DNA of 64,000 nucleotides from an uncultured Gammaproteobacteria bacterium (GTDB lineage Bacteria; Pseudomonadota; Gammaproteobacteria; Legionellales; Legionellaceae): NCBI GenBank assembly GCA_963803545.1, contig CAWDMX010000001.1, positions 753,013 to 817,012 of the forward strand, read 5' to 3'. Shown piece by piece: positions 55,899 to 64,000 of this stretch (position 1 is its first letter; each line of letters starts with the position of its first letter). The notes under the pieces were generated by a model. It saw only the letters and a program-made list of their open reading frames with translations, ran no database searches and was not told where the DNA came from. The position numbers and the translations under genes were made by a program.

Positions 55899-57881
55899 AT
55901 GAAAAACGCATTTAAAATTTATTCAAAATACCAACCAGCCGGGGATCAACCCCATGCTATTGATTCGTTAATTAAAGGTGTTAATGCCGGTTTGGCGAAC
56001 CAAACCTTGTTAGGCGTTACGGGATCGGGGAAAACGTACACTATCGCGCACGTTATTCAAGCAATGAAACGGCCAACTTTAATAATGGCGCCTAATAAAA
56101 CATTGGCCGCCCAGTTATACGGTGAATTTAAAACCTATTTTCCCGATAACGCTGTAGAATATTTTGTTTCCTATTACGACTACTATCAGCCAGAGGCCTA
56201 TGTTCCGGCGTCTGATATGTTCATTGAAAAAGACGCCTCTATTAACGAACACATAGAGCAAATGCGATTATCGGCTACTAAAGCGCTGTTACAGCGTAAG
56301 GACGCCATTATTGTTGCAACGGTTTCGGCAATTTATGGGCTAGGAGATCCCGATTCTTATTTACGCATGGTTTTGCATCTTTCCCGTGGAGAAGAAACCA
56401 GTCAGCGCACTATTCTTGCGCGACTCGCAGAGATGCAATATACCCGTAATCAATTATTTTTAGACCGTGGGCAGTTTAGAGTGCACGGCGATGTTATCGA
56501 TGTTTTTCCGGCTGATTCTGAGAAAGAGGCGGTTCGTATTGAGTTGTTTGATGACGCAATTGAAAACCTATCGCGATTTGACCCCTTAACGGGTGAAGTT
56601 ATTCAGCGGCTACCACGACTTACTATTTTTCCAAAAACCCACTATGTAACGCCACGTGAGCGGTTATTAGAAACGATCGAGCGGGTGAAAATTGAATTAC
56701 AAGAACGGGTTGCGGAATTTACCAGTCAAAATAAGCTGCTCGAAGCACAACGCTTGCAACAGCGAACAAGTTTTGACATAGAAATGATGCTGGAGCTTGG
56801 ATATTGCTCTGGAATTGAAAATTATTCGCGTTACTTATCCGGGCGTGGGGTGGGAGAAGCACCGCCCACACTTTTCGATTATTTGCCAGCCGAAGCTTTA
56901 CTTATCCTCGATGAATCGCATGTAACCGTTCCGCAGATAGGCGGTATGTACCGCGGCGATCGCGCCCGTAAAGAAACCTTAGTCAATTATGGGTTTCGTC
57001 TGCCATCGGCTTTAGATAATCGTCCTCTGCGGTTTGAAGAGTTTAGTGCGCGCTCACCGCAAACTATTTTCGTGTCCGCAACTCCGGGAAATTATGAGCA
57101 AGAGCATGCGGATAATGTGGCGGAGCAAGTAGTTAGACCAACCGGGTTGATAGACCCTCCGGTAATTATTCGGCCTGTTAAAAATCAAGTAGACGATGTT
57201 TTATCGGAAATTCATCGCGTAACCGCCCAAAACGAACGCGTTTTAATTACTACTCTTACCAAACGCATGGCCGAGGATTTAACCGATTATTTAGCGGGGC
57301 AGGGAGTGCGTGTGCGCTACTTGCATTCCGATATTGATACCGTTGAACGGGTTGAGATTATTCGCGATTTACGCTTGGGTGAATTTGATGTTTTGGTTGG
57401 TATAAATTTATTACGTGAAGGTTTGGATATGCCCGAAGTTTCTTTGGTCGCGATTTTAGATGCCGATAAGGAAGGCTTTCTTCGCTCCGAGCGCTCTCTA
57501 ATTCAAACAATTGGTCGGGCGGCGCGCAACGTGAATGGTCGGGCTATTTTGTATGCGGATAAAATTACGGGTTCTATTGAAAAAGCCATTACCGAAACAG
57601 ATAGGCGTCGGCAAAAACAAGTTGACTTTAACCTGCTGCATAACATCACACCTAAAGGCATCAATAAATCCATTAAAGACATCATGGAAGGCGCGCACAG
57701 CAATCGAAAAAAATCGGCTGGAAAAAGCTCCAGCTATCTTAGTTTATCGCCTAAGGATCTTGGTAGGAAAATAAAAGAATTAGAAACCTTAATGCACAAT
57801 CACGCCAAAAACATGGAATTTGAATTAGCCGCTAAGGTACGTGATGAATTATTGAGCTTGAAAAAGGAATTAAAGTTATAA
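55899..57881 (+). CDS. uvrB: excinuclease ABC subunit B
   Basis: Motifs are [28 protein letters not shown], the helicase motifs and a C-terminal UVR domain ([12 protein letters not shown]). Confidence 0.97.
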   Translation: MKNAFKIYSKYQPAGDQPHAIDSLIKGVNAGLANQTLLGVTGSGKTYTIAHVIQAMKRPTLIMAPNKTLAAQLYGEFKTYFPDNAVEYFVSYYDYYQPEAYVPASDMFIEKDASINEHIEQMRLSATKALLQRKDAIIVATVSAIYGLGDPDSYLRMVLHLSRGEETSQRTILARLAEMQYTRNQLFLDRGQFRVHGDVIDVFPADSEKEAVRIELFDDAIENLSRFDPLTGEVIQRLPRLTIFPKTHYVTPRERLLETIERVKIELQERVAEFTSQNKLLEAQRLQQRTSFDIEMMLELGYCSGIENYSRYLSGRGVGEAPPTLFDYLPAEALLILDESHVTVPQIGGMYRGDRARKETLVNYGFRLPSALDNRPLRFEEFSARSPQTIFVSATPGNYEQEHADNVAEQVVRPTGLIDPPVIIRPVKNQVDDVLSEIHRVTAQNERVLITTLTKRMAEDLTDYLAGQGVRVRYLHSDIDTVERVEIIRDLRLGEFDVLVGINLLREGLDMPEVSLVAILDADKEGFLRSERSLIQTIGRAARNVNGRAILYADKITGSIEKAITETDRRRQKQVDFNLLHNITPKGINKSIKDIMEGAHSNRKKSAGKSSSYLSLSPKDLGRKIKELETLMHNHAKNMEFELAAKVRDELLSLKKELKL

Positions 57882-58035
57882 AAGAGCCGGCAGCAGATTT
57901 ATGAACCCTGGGGTTCACGTGGGTAGCGGTTGATTCAGTTCAGGCTTCCTATTTAAAATAGGCTTGCTCAACGCTGGATTCAGTTTGCTTCCCAATTTGG
58001 CAATATTGGTTCAAAAAATCCATGCTGCCGGATTA
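57880..58035 (-). ncRNA. ssrS: candidate 6S RNA (ssrS-like)
   Basis: On the minus strand there is an extended -10 TGCTATACT (58041-58049). A closing stem follows (CCGGCAGCA..GAUUU..UGAACC pairing with GGUUCA..AAAUC..UGCUGCCGG), then an internal bubble, an apical hairpin CCUAUUU/AAAUAGG and a 3' CUCUUUUAU. The 3'-side hairpin UGAACC-CCAG-GGUUCA closely resembles E. coli 6S UGAACC-AAG-GGUUCA. The element is divergent from ygfB, as ssrS is in E. coli. Confidence 0.55.
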
Positions 58036-58166
58036 ATAACAGTATAGCACTGAAAAAAAATTTTTCCTAAAAATTGTCAAAAAAGATAAGGAACAGTTGC
58101 GTCACCCCTTTGGCATACAGCAACAATTACGTTATGATAATCAATTTATTTATTCAGGTATCAGCG

Positions 58167-58742
58167 ATGTCCAATTCTTCTTCCTATCCGCCTTTCGAAA
58201 CTTTTGCTGAAGACGTTGTCGCCTTAGACCTGCCTTTTTCGGCAAGTGAGGTGCACGGTTTAATGTGTGCTTTTATCGCCACAGGTGCGCTGGCTGAGGG
58301 AGAGCGTTACTTACAAACCTTGGTTCAATCAAGCATCTGCAGTCCCGACTTAAAAAAAGAAGCGGCGCGCAGTCTTTTTTTTGTATTTAACGCAAGCCAG
58401 CAACAAATTGTTGAAATTAATTTTGAATTTGATTTGCTGCTCCCTAGCGATAATTTTTCACTAATAGAACGCAGCCAAGCCTTTAGTGACTGGTGTAATG
58501 GCTTTTTAATGGGCCTCAAGCAGACTAATTTTGCGGTGACGAGTCTTGAGCCGGATGCGCAAGAATCACTGGAGCATCTGGGAGAGTTTGCGCAACTTGA
58601 TTGCGACGATTTAGACCAGGATGAAGACAACGAAAAGGCTTTGGTAGAAATTCATGAGTACGTTCGTATGGTGGTATTGCGTTTGAGTGGTGACATCCAA
58701 TATCCAGAAGAAGTTGTTCGTGGTGGCAGCACGGAGCATTGA
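58167..58742 (+). CDS. ygfB: UPF0149 family protein YgfB-like
   Basis: The ATG at 58167 opens an acidic protein with SEVHGLMCAF and FSDWCNGFLMGL motifs. It lies immediately upstream of pepP, as in other gammaproteobacteria. Confidence 0.75.
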   Translation: MSNSSSYPPFETFAEDVVALDLPFSASEVHGLMCAFIATGALAEGERYLQTLVQSSICSPDLKKEAARSLFFVFNASQQQIVEINFEFDLLLPSDNFSLIERSQAFSDWCNGFLMGLKQTNFAVTSLEPDAQESLEHLGEFAQLDCDDLDQDEDNEKALVEIHEYVRMVVLRLSGDIQYPEEVVRGGSTEH

Positions 58743-58753
58743 AAGGAATAACG

Positions 58754-60055
58754 ATGATAAGTCAAAGTGAGTATGTATTCCGACGTAATGCTTTGGTTCA
58801 ACAGTTACCGCCCAATTCGGTTGCGGTGGTTGCGGCAGCTCCGGAAAAAATTCGCAATGGTGACGCTCATTTTCGCTACCGTCAAAATAGCAACTTCTAT
58901 TACTTAACGGGATTTAACGAGCCGGATGCTTTTTTGGTTATAAAAAAAACCGAAAAGCCCGCTTTTTATTTATTCAATCGCAGCCGAAATTTGCTACAGG
59001 AGCAATGGACCGGCGCGCGTCTCGGACAAGAGGGCGCGTGCCAGCAAATGGGTTTGCAAGCAGCGTTTTCCGTTGATAGCACCACCAAAAAATTGCCGCA
59101 GTTAATTGCTGATAGCCGTCGTGTTTTCTATCCGATTAACGATCGTTGCGAAGGCAATACGCTCATTAGTTCTGTGATTGCAATTTTAAACCAGCAGGCG
59201 ATTGCTTCCGGTAAGCCAGACGGTTTAGAAGATTTATCTTATGCGTTGAGCGAATTAAGACTAATTAAAAGTAAGGCTGAAATTGCTTTAATGCAACACG
59301 CTGCCTCTGTTTCTGTTGAGGCGCATAAGCGTGCGATGCGCGCCTGCAAGAATGCTGAGTTTGAACACCAGTTGCAAGCGGAGTTGCTCTACGGTTTTAG
59401 CTACGGCGGTTGCAATGAGGTTGCCTATACCCCCATTGTTGGTGGTGGTAAAAATGCCTGCGTGTTGCATTATAGTGATAACAATCAGAAGCTTAATTCG
59501 GGCGATCTTGTGCTCATTGATGCCGGTGGGGAATTCCAGAACTACGCCGCTGACATTACGCGAACCTTTCCGGTCAATGGTGTGTTTACAAGGGATCAAC
59601 GTCTTATATACGGGTTGGTATTAAAAGCGCAAAAAGCGGCAATTGCCAGTATACAGCCCGGAAGTTCCTGGGCGCTAGCGCAACAGATTATTGTGGAAAT
59701 TTTAACCGCAGGGCTGGTTGAGCTGGGTCTTTTAAAAGGCTCCGTGTCGCAATTGATAAGCTCTGGTGCCTACAAAACTTTTTATATGCACAACTCCGGT
59801 CATTGGCTGGGATTAGATGTGCACGACAGCGGGTGTTATAAGGTGGATAACGATTGGCGCCCCTTAAAGCCCGGTATGGTATTAACCGTGGAACCAGGAT
59901 TGTACATTAGCGCGTCCAACGAAGTGGATTCGCGGTGGTGGAACATTGGCGTGCGTATTGAGGATGATGTTGTTGTCACTGAGAGTGGTCATTGTGTTTT
60001 AAGTGCAGCTTTACCTGTTGAAGCGGACGATATTGAGGCGTTGATGCGTGATTGA
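58754..60055 (+). CDS. pepP: Xaa-Pro aminopeptidase
   Basis: Motifs are FRYRQNSNFYYLTGF, VLIDAG.E...YAADITRT, HGSGHWLGLDVHD-type (HNSGHWLGLDVHD) and VEPGLY...GVRIEDD. Confidence 0.9.
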   Translation: MISQSEYVFRRNALVQQLPPNSVAVVAAAPEKIRNGDAHFRYRQNSNFYYLTGFNEPDAFLVIKKTEKPAFYLFNRSRNLLQEQWTGARLGQEGACQQMGLQAAFSVDSTTKKLPQLIADSRRVFYPINDRCEGNTLISSVIAILNQQAIASGKPDGLEDLSYALSELRLIKSKAEIALMQHAASVSVEAHKRAMRACKNAEFEHQLQAELLYGFSYGGCNEVAYTPIVGGGKNACVLHYSDNNQKLNSGDLVLIDAGGEFQNYAADITRTFPVNGVFTRDQRLIYGLVLKAQKAAIASIQPGSSWALAQQIIVEILTAGLVELGLLKGSVSQLISSGAYKTFYMHNSGHWLGLDVHDSGCYKVDNDWRPLKPGMVLTVEPGLYISASNEVDSRWWNIGVRIEDDVVVTESGHCVLSAALPVEADDIEALMRD

Positions 60056-61253
60056 TACAACGGTTGATGTTGTCATTATCGGCGGCGGGCTAACCGGGGC
60101 GTGCTTAAATCTAGGTTTAATCGCGCAAGGAATTAGCACCCTACTAGTAGATAATAAGCCGATAGCAGAAGAATCCAACCCACAGTTTGATGCCCGTAGT
60201 TTGGCTTTAGCTCCAGCAAGTATTCGCATTTTATCCGCGCTGGATATCTGGCCTAATCTAGTAAACAAGACTACAGCAATTGAGGCCATTGAAATTTCAC
60301 AGCAAGGGCATTTTGGACGCGCCAATCTACACGCTCGTCCAGAGGCCAAACTTGGCGCTGTGGTAGAAATGCACCATATAACTAACGCTGTATACCAACA
60401 GTTAGCACCAGAAACCCTTCTTTGTCCGGCAGAGCTTATCGCGTTGCAGCCGCAAACGGCAACAGTTACGGTTCGAAAAAACACTGAAAATATAAAAATT
60501 AAGGCGAAATTGATAGTAGCTGCCGATGGAGCTCAGTCAACTGTTCGCCGCTTATCCGGCTTACCGATTGCGCAAAAAAAATATCGTCAACACGCCTTAG
60601 TGGCTACCATCGGATTATCGCGAGCGCACAACAACAAAGCTTTTGAGCGCTTTACCCGCAGCGGTCCTCTTGCGATGCTACCCCTTCCAAATAATCGAGC
60701 TTCTTTGGTTTGGGCCCTTGAAGCGCCACAAGCCCAGTCTCTAATTCAGTGCGACGACGCTGTTTTTTTAAAAAAATTACAAGAGCACTTTGGGTATCGC
60801 TTAGGCCGTTTAATACAGGTTGGTCCGCGTACAAGCTATCCCCTACAACAAGCTATAATGCCACAAACAATAGCCTGGCCATTAGTTTTTATCGGCAACG
60901 CCGCTCATACCTTGCATCCCGTTGCAGGACAAGGTTTCAATTTGGGTTTGCGAGACAGTGCCGCTTTAGTGGATTGCATTCACGATCAGGGTTTCAACAG
61001 CGCGATGCTCACATGCTATCAACAACAGCGCGCGTTGGATCAAACCATTATCAGCAAAGCGACCGATGGCTTGGTTCGTCTTTTCGACCACTCGGCCCTG
61101 GGCCTGAGTGTATTACGTGGGCTGGGTTTGCTCACTTTTGACAACTCCACAGTGGCTCAGAATATTGTAACGCATTATGCCTCGGGTTTTGCCGGGGTGG
61201 CCTCGCGTCTTGTAGCCGGTAGTCTTTTTAAGAAAGAAGGTAGCGATGAATAA
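60048..61253 (+). CDS. ubiH: FAD-dependent ubiquinone biosynthesis hydroxylase (UbiH type)
   Basis: Motifs are VVIIGGGLTGA, ADGAQSTVR and GNAAHTLHPVAGQGFNLGLRD. The start is a GTG overlapping the pepP stop. Confidence 0.85.
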   Translation: MIDTTVDVVIIGGGLTGACLNLGLIAQGISTLLVDNKPIAEESNPQFDARSLALAPASIRILSALDIWPNLVNKTTAIEAIEISQQGHFGRANLHARPEAKLGAVVEMHHITNAVYQQLAPETLLCPAELIALQPQTATVTVRKNTENIKIKAKLIVAADGAQSTVRRLSGLPIAQKKYRQHALVATIGLSRAHNNKAFERFTRSGPLAMLPLPNNRASLVWALEAPQAQSLIQCDDAVFLKKLQEHFGYRLGRLIQVGPRTSYPLQQAIMPQTIAWPLVFIGNAAHTLHPVAGQGFNLGLRDSAALVDCIHDQGFNSAMLTCYQQQRALDQTIISKATDGLVRLFDHSALGLSVLRGLGLLTFDNSTVAQNIVTHYASGFAGVASRLVAGSLFKKEGSDE

Positions 61254-62400
61254 GCACGATATAGCGATTATTGGCGCAGGGGTTGTTGGCTTAAGCGCTG
61301 CATTACGTATGGCGCAATTAGGGTTTGAGGTGGCGCTTATCGACGCTATGGATAACCCCGCCCTTGAAAAGTGTGTGAATTCACGCGTTTATGCGTTAAA
61401 TGCCGCTTCAGAAAAGTTGCTAACGACTCTCGGCGTTTGGCCAAATATAGACGAAGATAAAATCACAGCCTACGATCGTATGCATGTTTGGGATGAAGCA
61501 AGTGGGGCGCATATTGACTTTGATTCCCGCTTAATTGCCGAGCCTAAACTGGGTGTAATTGTGGCGGAAAGCGCTCTTAAAAAGGCATTGTTAAAACAAA
61601 TTGAGCTTGAAAGTAAGATCAAAGTTTTTTTTAATACTAGAATTACCGCAATTCATACAGATGATGAGCGTGTAAAAATAAACGCGGAAACCAATACCTG
61701 GCAAAGCCGAATGCTATTTGTATGCGATGGTGCCGAGTCTTTTGCCCGAAAATTACTTGGTGTTGGCATGGTATCCTGGCCATATCATCAATCGGCATTA
61801 GTGGCGACCGTTGGCGTGAAAAAACCGCATCAGCGGAGCGCTTTTCAAGTATTTACCAAAAATGGTCCTTTAGCTTTTTTGCCACTAGCCGACCCTAATC
61901 AATGTTCGATTGTGTGGTCTACCAGTGCTAAGCGTGCGGCTGAACTGGCAAGGCTTGATAAGGCTGAATTTGAACAGCAGCTGGAACGTGCTTTTGAAAG
62001 CAAATTAGGCCAAGTGTCCTTAATCGGTTCAAAACAGCAGTTTCCTTTAGTTATGCGCCATTGCCGTCGCTATGTGGGCAAAAATTGGTTGTTAATGGGG
62101 GATGCGGCACACACCATTCACCCTTTAGCCGGATTGGGTTTGAATATAGGACTGGCGGATATTACGGTTTTAACAACCTGCTTAGCCAATAGTAACCATC
62201 AATTTTCCCAAAAAATGCTGCAGCACTATCACCGCCAACGCACCAGCGAAGTTTGGAAAGTAATAGCCGTTTTGAGCGGGTTAAAAACTTTATTTATAAC
62301 AAAATTACCGTTTGTCGCCGGACTGCGCGCGCGCGGACTGTGGGGATTTAATCAGTTGCCCCTTTTAAAACGGTGGATAATATCTGAGGCTAATAAATAG
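61246..62400 (+). CDS. ubiI: FAD-dependent ubiquinone biosynthesis hydroxylase (UbiI/VisC type)
   Basis: Motifs are IAIIGAGVVGL, CDGAESFAR and GDAAHTIHPLAGLGLNIGLAD. The position after ubiH matches the E. coli order. Confidence 0.75.
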   Translation: MNKHDIAIIGAGVVGLSAALRMAQLGFEVALIDAMDNPALEKCVNSRVYALNAASEKLLTTLGVWPNIDEDKITAYDRMHVWDEASGAHIDFDSRLIAEPKLGVIVAESALKKALLKQIELESKIKVFFNTRITAIHTDDERVKINAETNTWQSRMLFVCDGAESFARKLLGVGMVSWPYHQSALVATVGVKKPHQRSAFQVFTKNGPLAFLPLADPNQCSIVWSTSAKRAAELARLDKAEFEQQLERAFESKLGQVSLIGSKQQFPLVMRHCRRYVGKNWLLMGDAAHTIHPLAGLGLNIGLADITVLTTCLANSNHQFSQKMLQHYHRQRTSEVWKVIAVLSGLKTLFITKLPFVAGLRARGLWGFNQLPLLKRWIISEANK

Positions 62401-62528
62401 AAAACGCCCGAGTGCGGCCCTTGGTTTCATAAAAAGGCGCCTCTGCACAAACCACAACAGCGGCCAACTGAGCGGCATGTTAGACCCTCGTGCATGGGTT
62501 GCGACGGTAAACAACGAGGTAATGCATC

Positions 62529-63077
62529 ATGGATAAAAAAGAGGTCATTCTTTTAGGAAACCCGCTACTAAGACAGGTGGCTGAGCCTATTGCCGATAAC
62601 GAGTTTGGCACACCCGAACTTCGGCAATTGGAGCAGACGCTGTTTGATTGCTTAGTGGCTGAAAATGGTTTGGGTCTTGCTGCACCACAAATAGGAATTA
62701 GCAAAAGGGCGTTTGTTTTTGGTATGAAGAAGCACCCGGTCCATACCCATGTGCCCGCAATTCCTTTTACCATTTTGTTTAACCCCTCCTACGAAGCCCT
62801 TTCCGATGAATGGGTTGAGGATTATGAAGGATGCTTAAGTGTTGGTGCATTGCGGGGTAAGGTATCACGGTATAAACATATTCGATATCAAGGCTATGAT
62901 GCCGACGGTACGTTAATAAAGCGTGAGGCTTTTGATCTGCATGCCCGTGTCGTCCAACATGAGTACGATCATTTAGATGGCGTAATTTTTTTAGATAAAA
63001 TTGCGCATGTGAACTCCCTTGGTTTTCATGATGAATTGATTAAATCAGGCGAGCTTAAAGCTCAAAAAAGCGCATAA
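62529..63077 (+). CDS. def: peptide deformylase
   Basis: The three deformylase motifs are GLGLAAPQIG, EGCLSV and QHEYDHLDG. Confidence 0.9.
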   Translation: MDKKEVILLGNPLLRQVAEPIADNEFGTPELRQLEQTLFDCLVAENGLGLAAPQIGISKRAFVFGMKKHPVHTHVPAIPFTILFNPSYEALSDEWVEDYEGCLSVGALRGKVSRYKHIRYQGYDADGTLIKREAFDLHARVVQHEYDHLDGVIFLDKIAHVNSLGFHDELIKSGELKAQKSA

Positions 63078-63083
63078 AATTGT

Positions 63084-63769
63084 ATGTTTATAACGTCAAA
63101 AAAAATTATAATCAGCGGCGCTATTGGCAATGCCCTTGAGATGTACGATTACGTCATATGGGGTTTGTTCTCAATGTTCTTAGCTAAAGAATTTCTGCCG
63201 CCTCAATCCAAACTATCGGATATTTATTTTTTATCTCTTATATTTTGAGACTAATTGGGAGTTTATTAGGCGGGATGTTAGCCGATAAAACGGGCAGGAA
63301 AAAAGCTTTAACCGTAAGTATTTTTTTTATGGGGATTGGTACAGCCTTAATAGCTATTTTACCCTCGTATGAAAAAATCGGTGTCACGTCCGTCTTTCTT
63401 TTATTATTTATTCGGGTAATACAAGTTATTTCTGTAGGTAATGAATACATCAGCTCCGTATCATTGCTGATTGAAAGTTGTGAAAATAATAGAAAAGGTT
63501 ATTTTGGGTCATGGGCAGCCTTTGGGGTAAACGCGGGTATGTTTATTTATTCGCTTGCCGCGTGTCTGGGCGGTGAAATTACGCCCTTGATTGCGTTCAA
63601 GTTAGGTGAGCATCACGACTACTCACCAAGCTTTATCTTGATTATTTACGGCGCATTAAGTCTGAGCGCTATTGTTTTTTATGTGCCCAGAAAAGGTTTG
63701 TATAAACAATCCATCAACGACACTGTTTTTGAGCAACTTTGCGAGGGTTCAGTTGTCAACAGCCCCTAG
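63084..63769 (+). pseudogene. MFS (MHS/ProP-like) transporter pseudogene
   Basis: GNALEMYDYVIWGLF runs to a TGA at 63246-63248. The -1 frame continues LRLIGSLLGGMLADKTGRKK. The two parts total about 228 codons, roughly half the usual length (from memory), so there is also an internal deletion. Confidence 0.6.
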
Positions 63770-63801
63770 TTGCTCTCGTACTGTATTTGTAGCTATTCTT
63801 T

Positions 63802-63999
63802 CTAAACGTTTGCGTACGCTAGGACATCAAGATTGATAGGTTCAAGCCCAAAAATGGTATATTTATTGATTAGTCGATAGTAGGGTACTGGTTCGCCTTT
63901 TTTAGCGTTCAAAAATAAGTTTTTATAACGGGGTAATGCTTCGCATTCGAGCAAGGCATAAGGCGCCAGGTTTACTTTGTAAATGTGAATGGCATAGTT
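63802..63999 (-). CDS. 3' end of an unidentified gene entering from the right edge
   Basis: The minus-strand frame is open from 63999 to the TAG at 63802-63804 (...ECEALPRYKNLFLNAKKGEPVPYYRLINKY...). No motif recognised. Confidence 0.3.
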   Translation of the reverse strand, partial: NYAIHIYKVNLAPYALLECEALPRYKNLFLNAKKGEPVPYYRLINKYTIFGLEPINLDVLAYANV

Positions 64000-64000
64000 C

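Noticed and set aside
60011-60484. A 157-aa minus-strand ORF overlapping pepP and ubiH.
   Set aside because: It is antisense to two well-supported conserved genes and has a low-complexity Ala/Ser/Arg-rich translation, so it is a shadow ORF.
1-64000. A search by eye for CRISPR arrays, rRNA genes, prophage structural genes and integrases.
   Set aside because: No regularly spaced direct repeats with unique spacers were seen, and there was no rRNA-like sequence. No tyrosine or serine recombinase motifs appeared in any ORF of the track.

Overview
All calls come from reading the sequence and ORF track by eye, using remembered family motifs. No database search was run. The window is a chromosomal segment of a gammaproteobacterium. 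Its gene content (ankyrin, LRR, OTU, Fic and DUF1566-type proteins) looks Legionellales-like, but that is inference only. Bases 1 to about 54340 form an accessory mosaic. It holds a 3458-aa protein (ankyrin-like + RNI-type LRR + FhaB/CdiA-like beta-helix + C-terminal OTU protease), several small secreted or membrane effector-like proteins, and a xenobiotic-type block (class A beta-lactamase homologue with Cys in place of the nucleophilic Ser, GNAT-GrpB fusion, YafY, VOC, GyrI-like). It also holds umuDC with a substituted UmuD dyad, hipBA, a class II Fic protein, and many insertion sequences, both intact and decayed (IS6, IS630, a Tc1/IS630-like element x2, IS21, IS3, and IS256, IS982, IS110 and ISNCY remnants). 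The most unusual locus is a very AT-rich, IS-bracketed cluster at 47870-52443: a 32-codon ORF, a long hairpin, a ThiF/E1-like enzyme, a Clp-type N+D1 AAA+ protein, an MFS exporter and a convergent S66 (LdcA/MccF-type) peptidase. It has microcin C / pantocin-like gene logic, but the precursor fits neither known class. tRNA-Asn (54352-54427) separates the mosaic from conserved core genes: aminotransferase, uvrB, a 6S-RNA-like structured element, ygfB-pepP-ubiH-ubiI, def and a decayed MFS gene. No rRNA genes or CRISPR arrays were seen.
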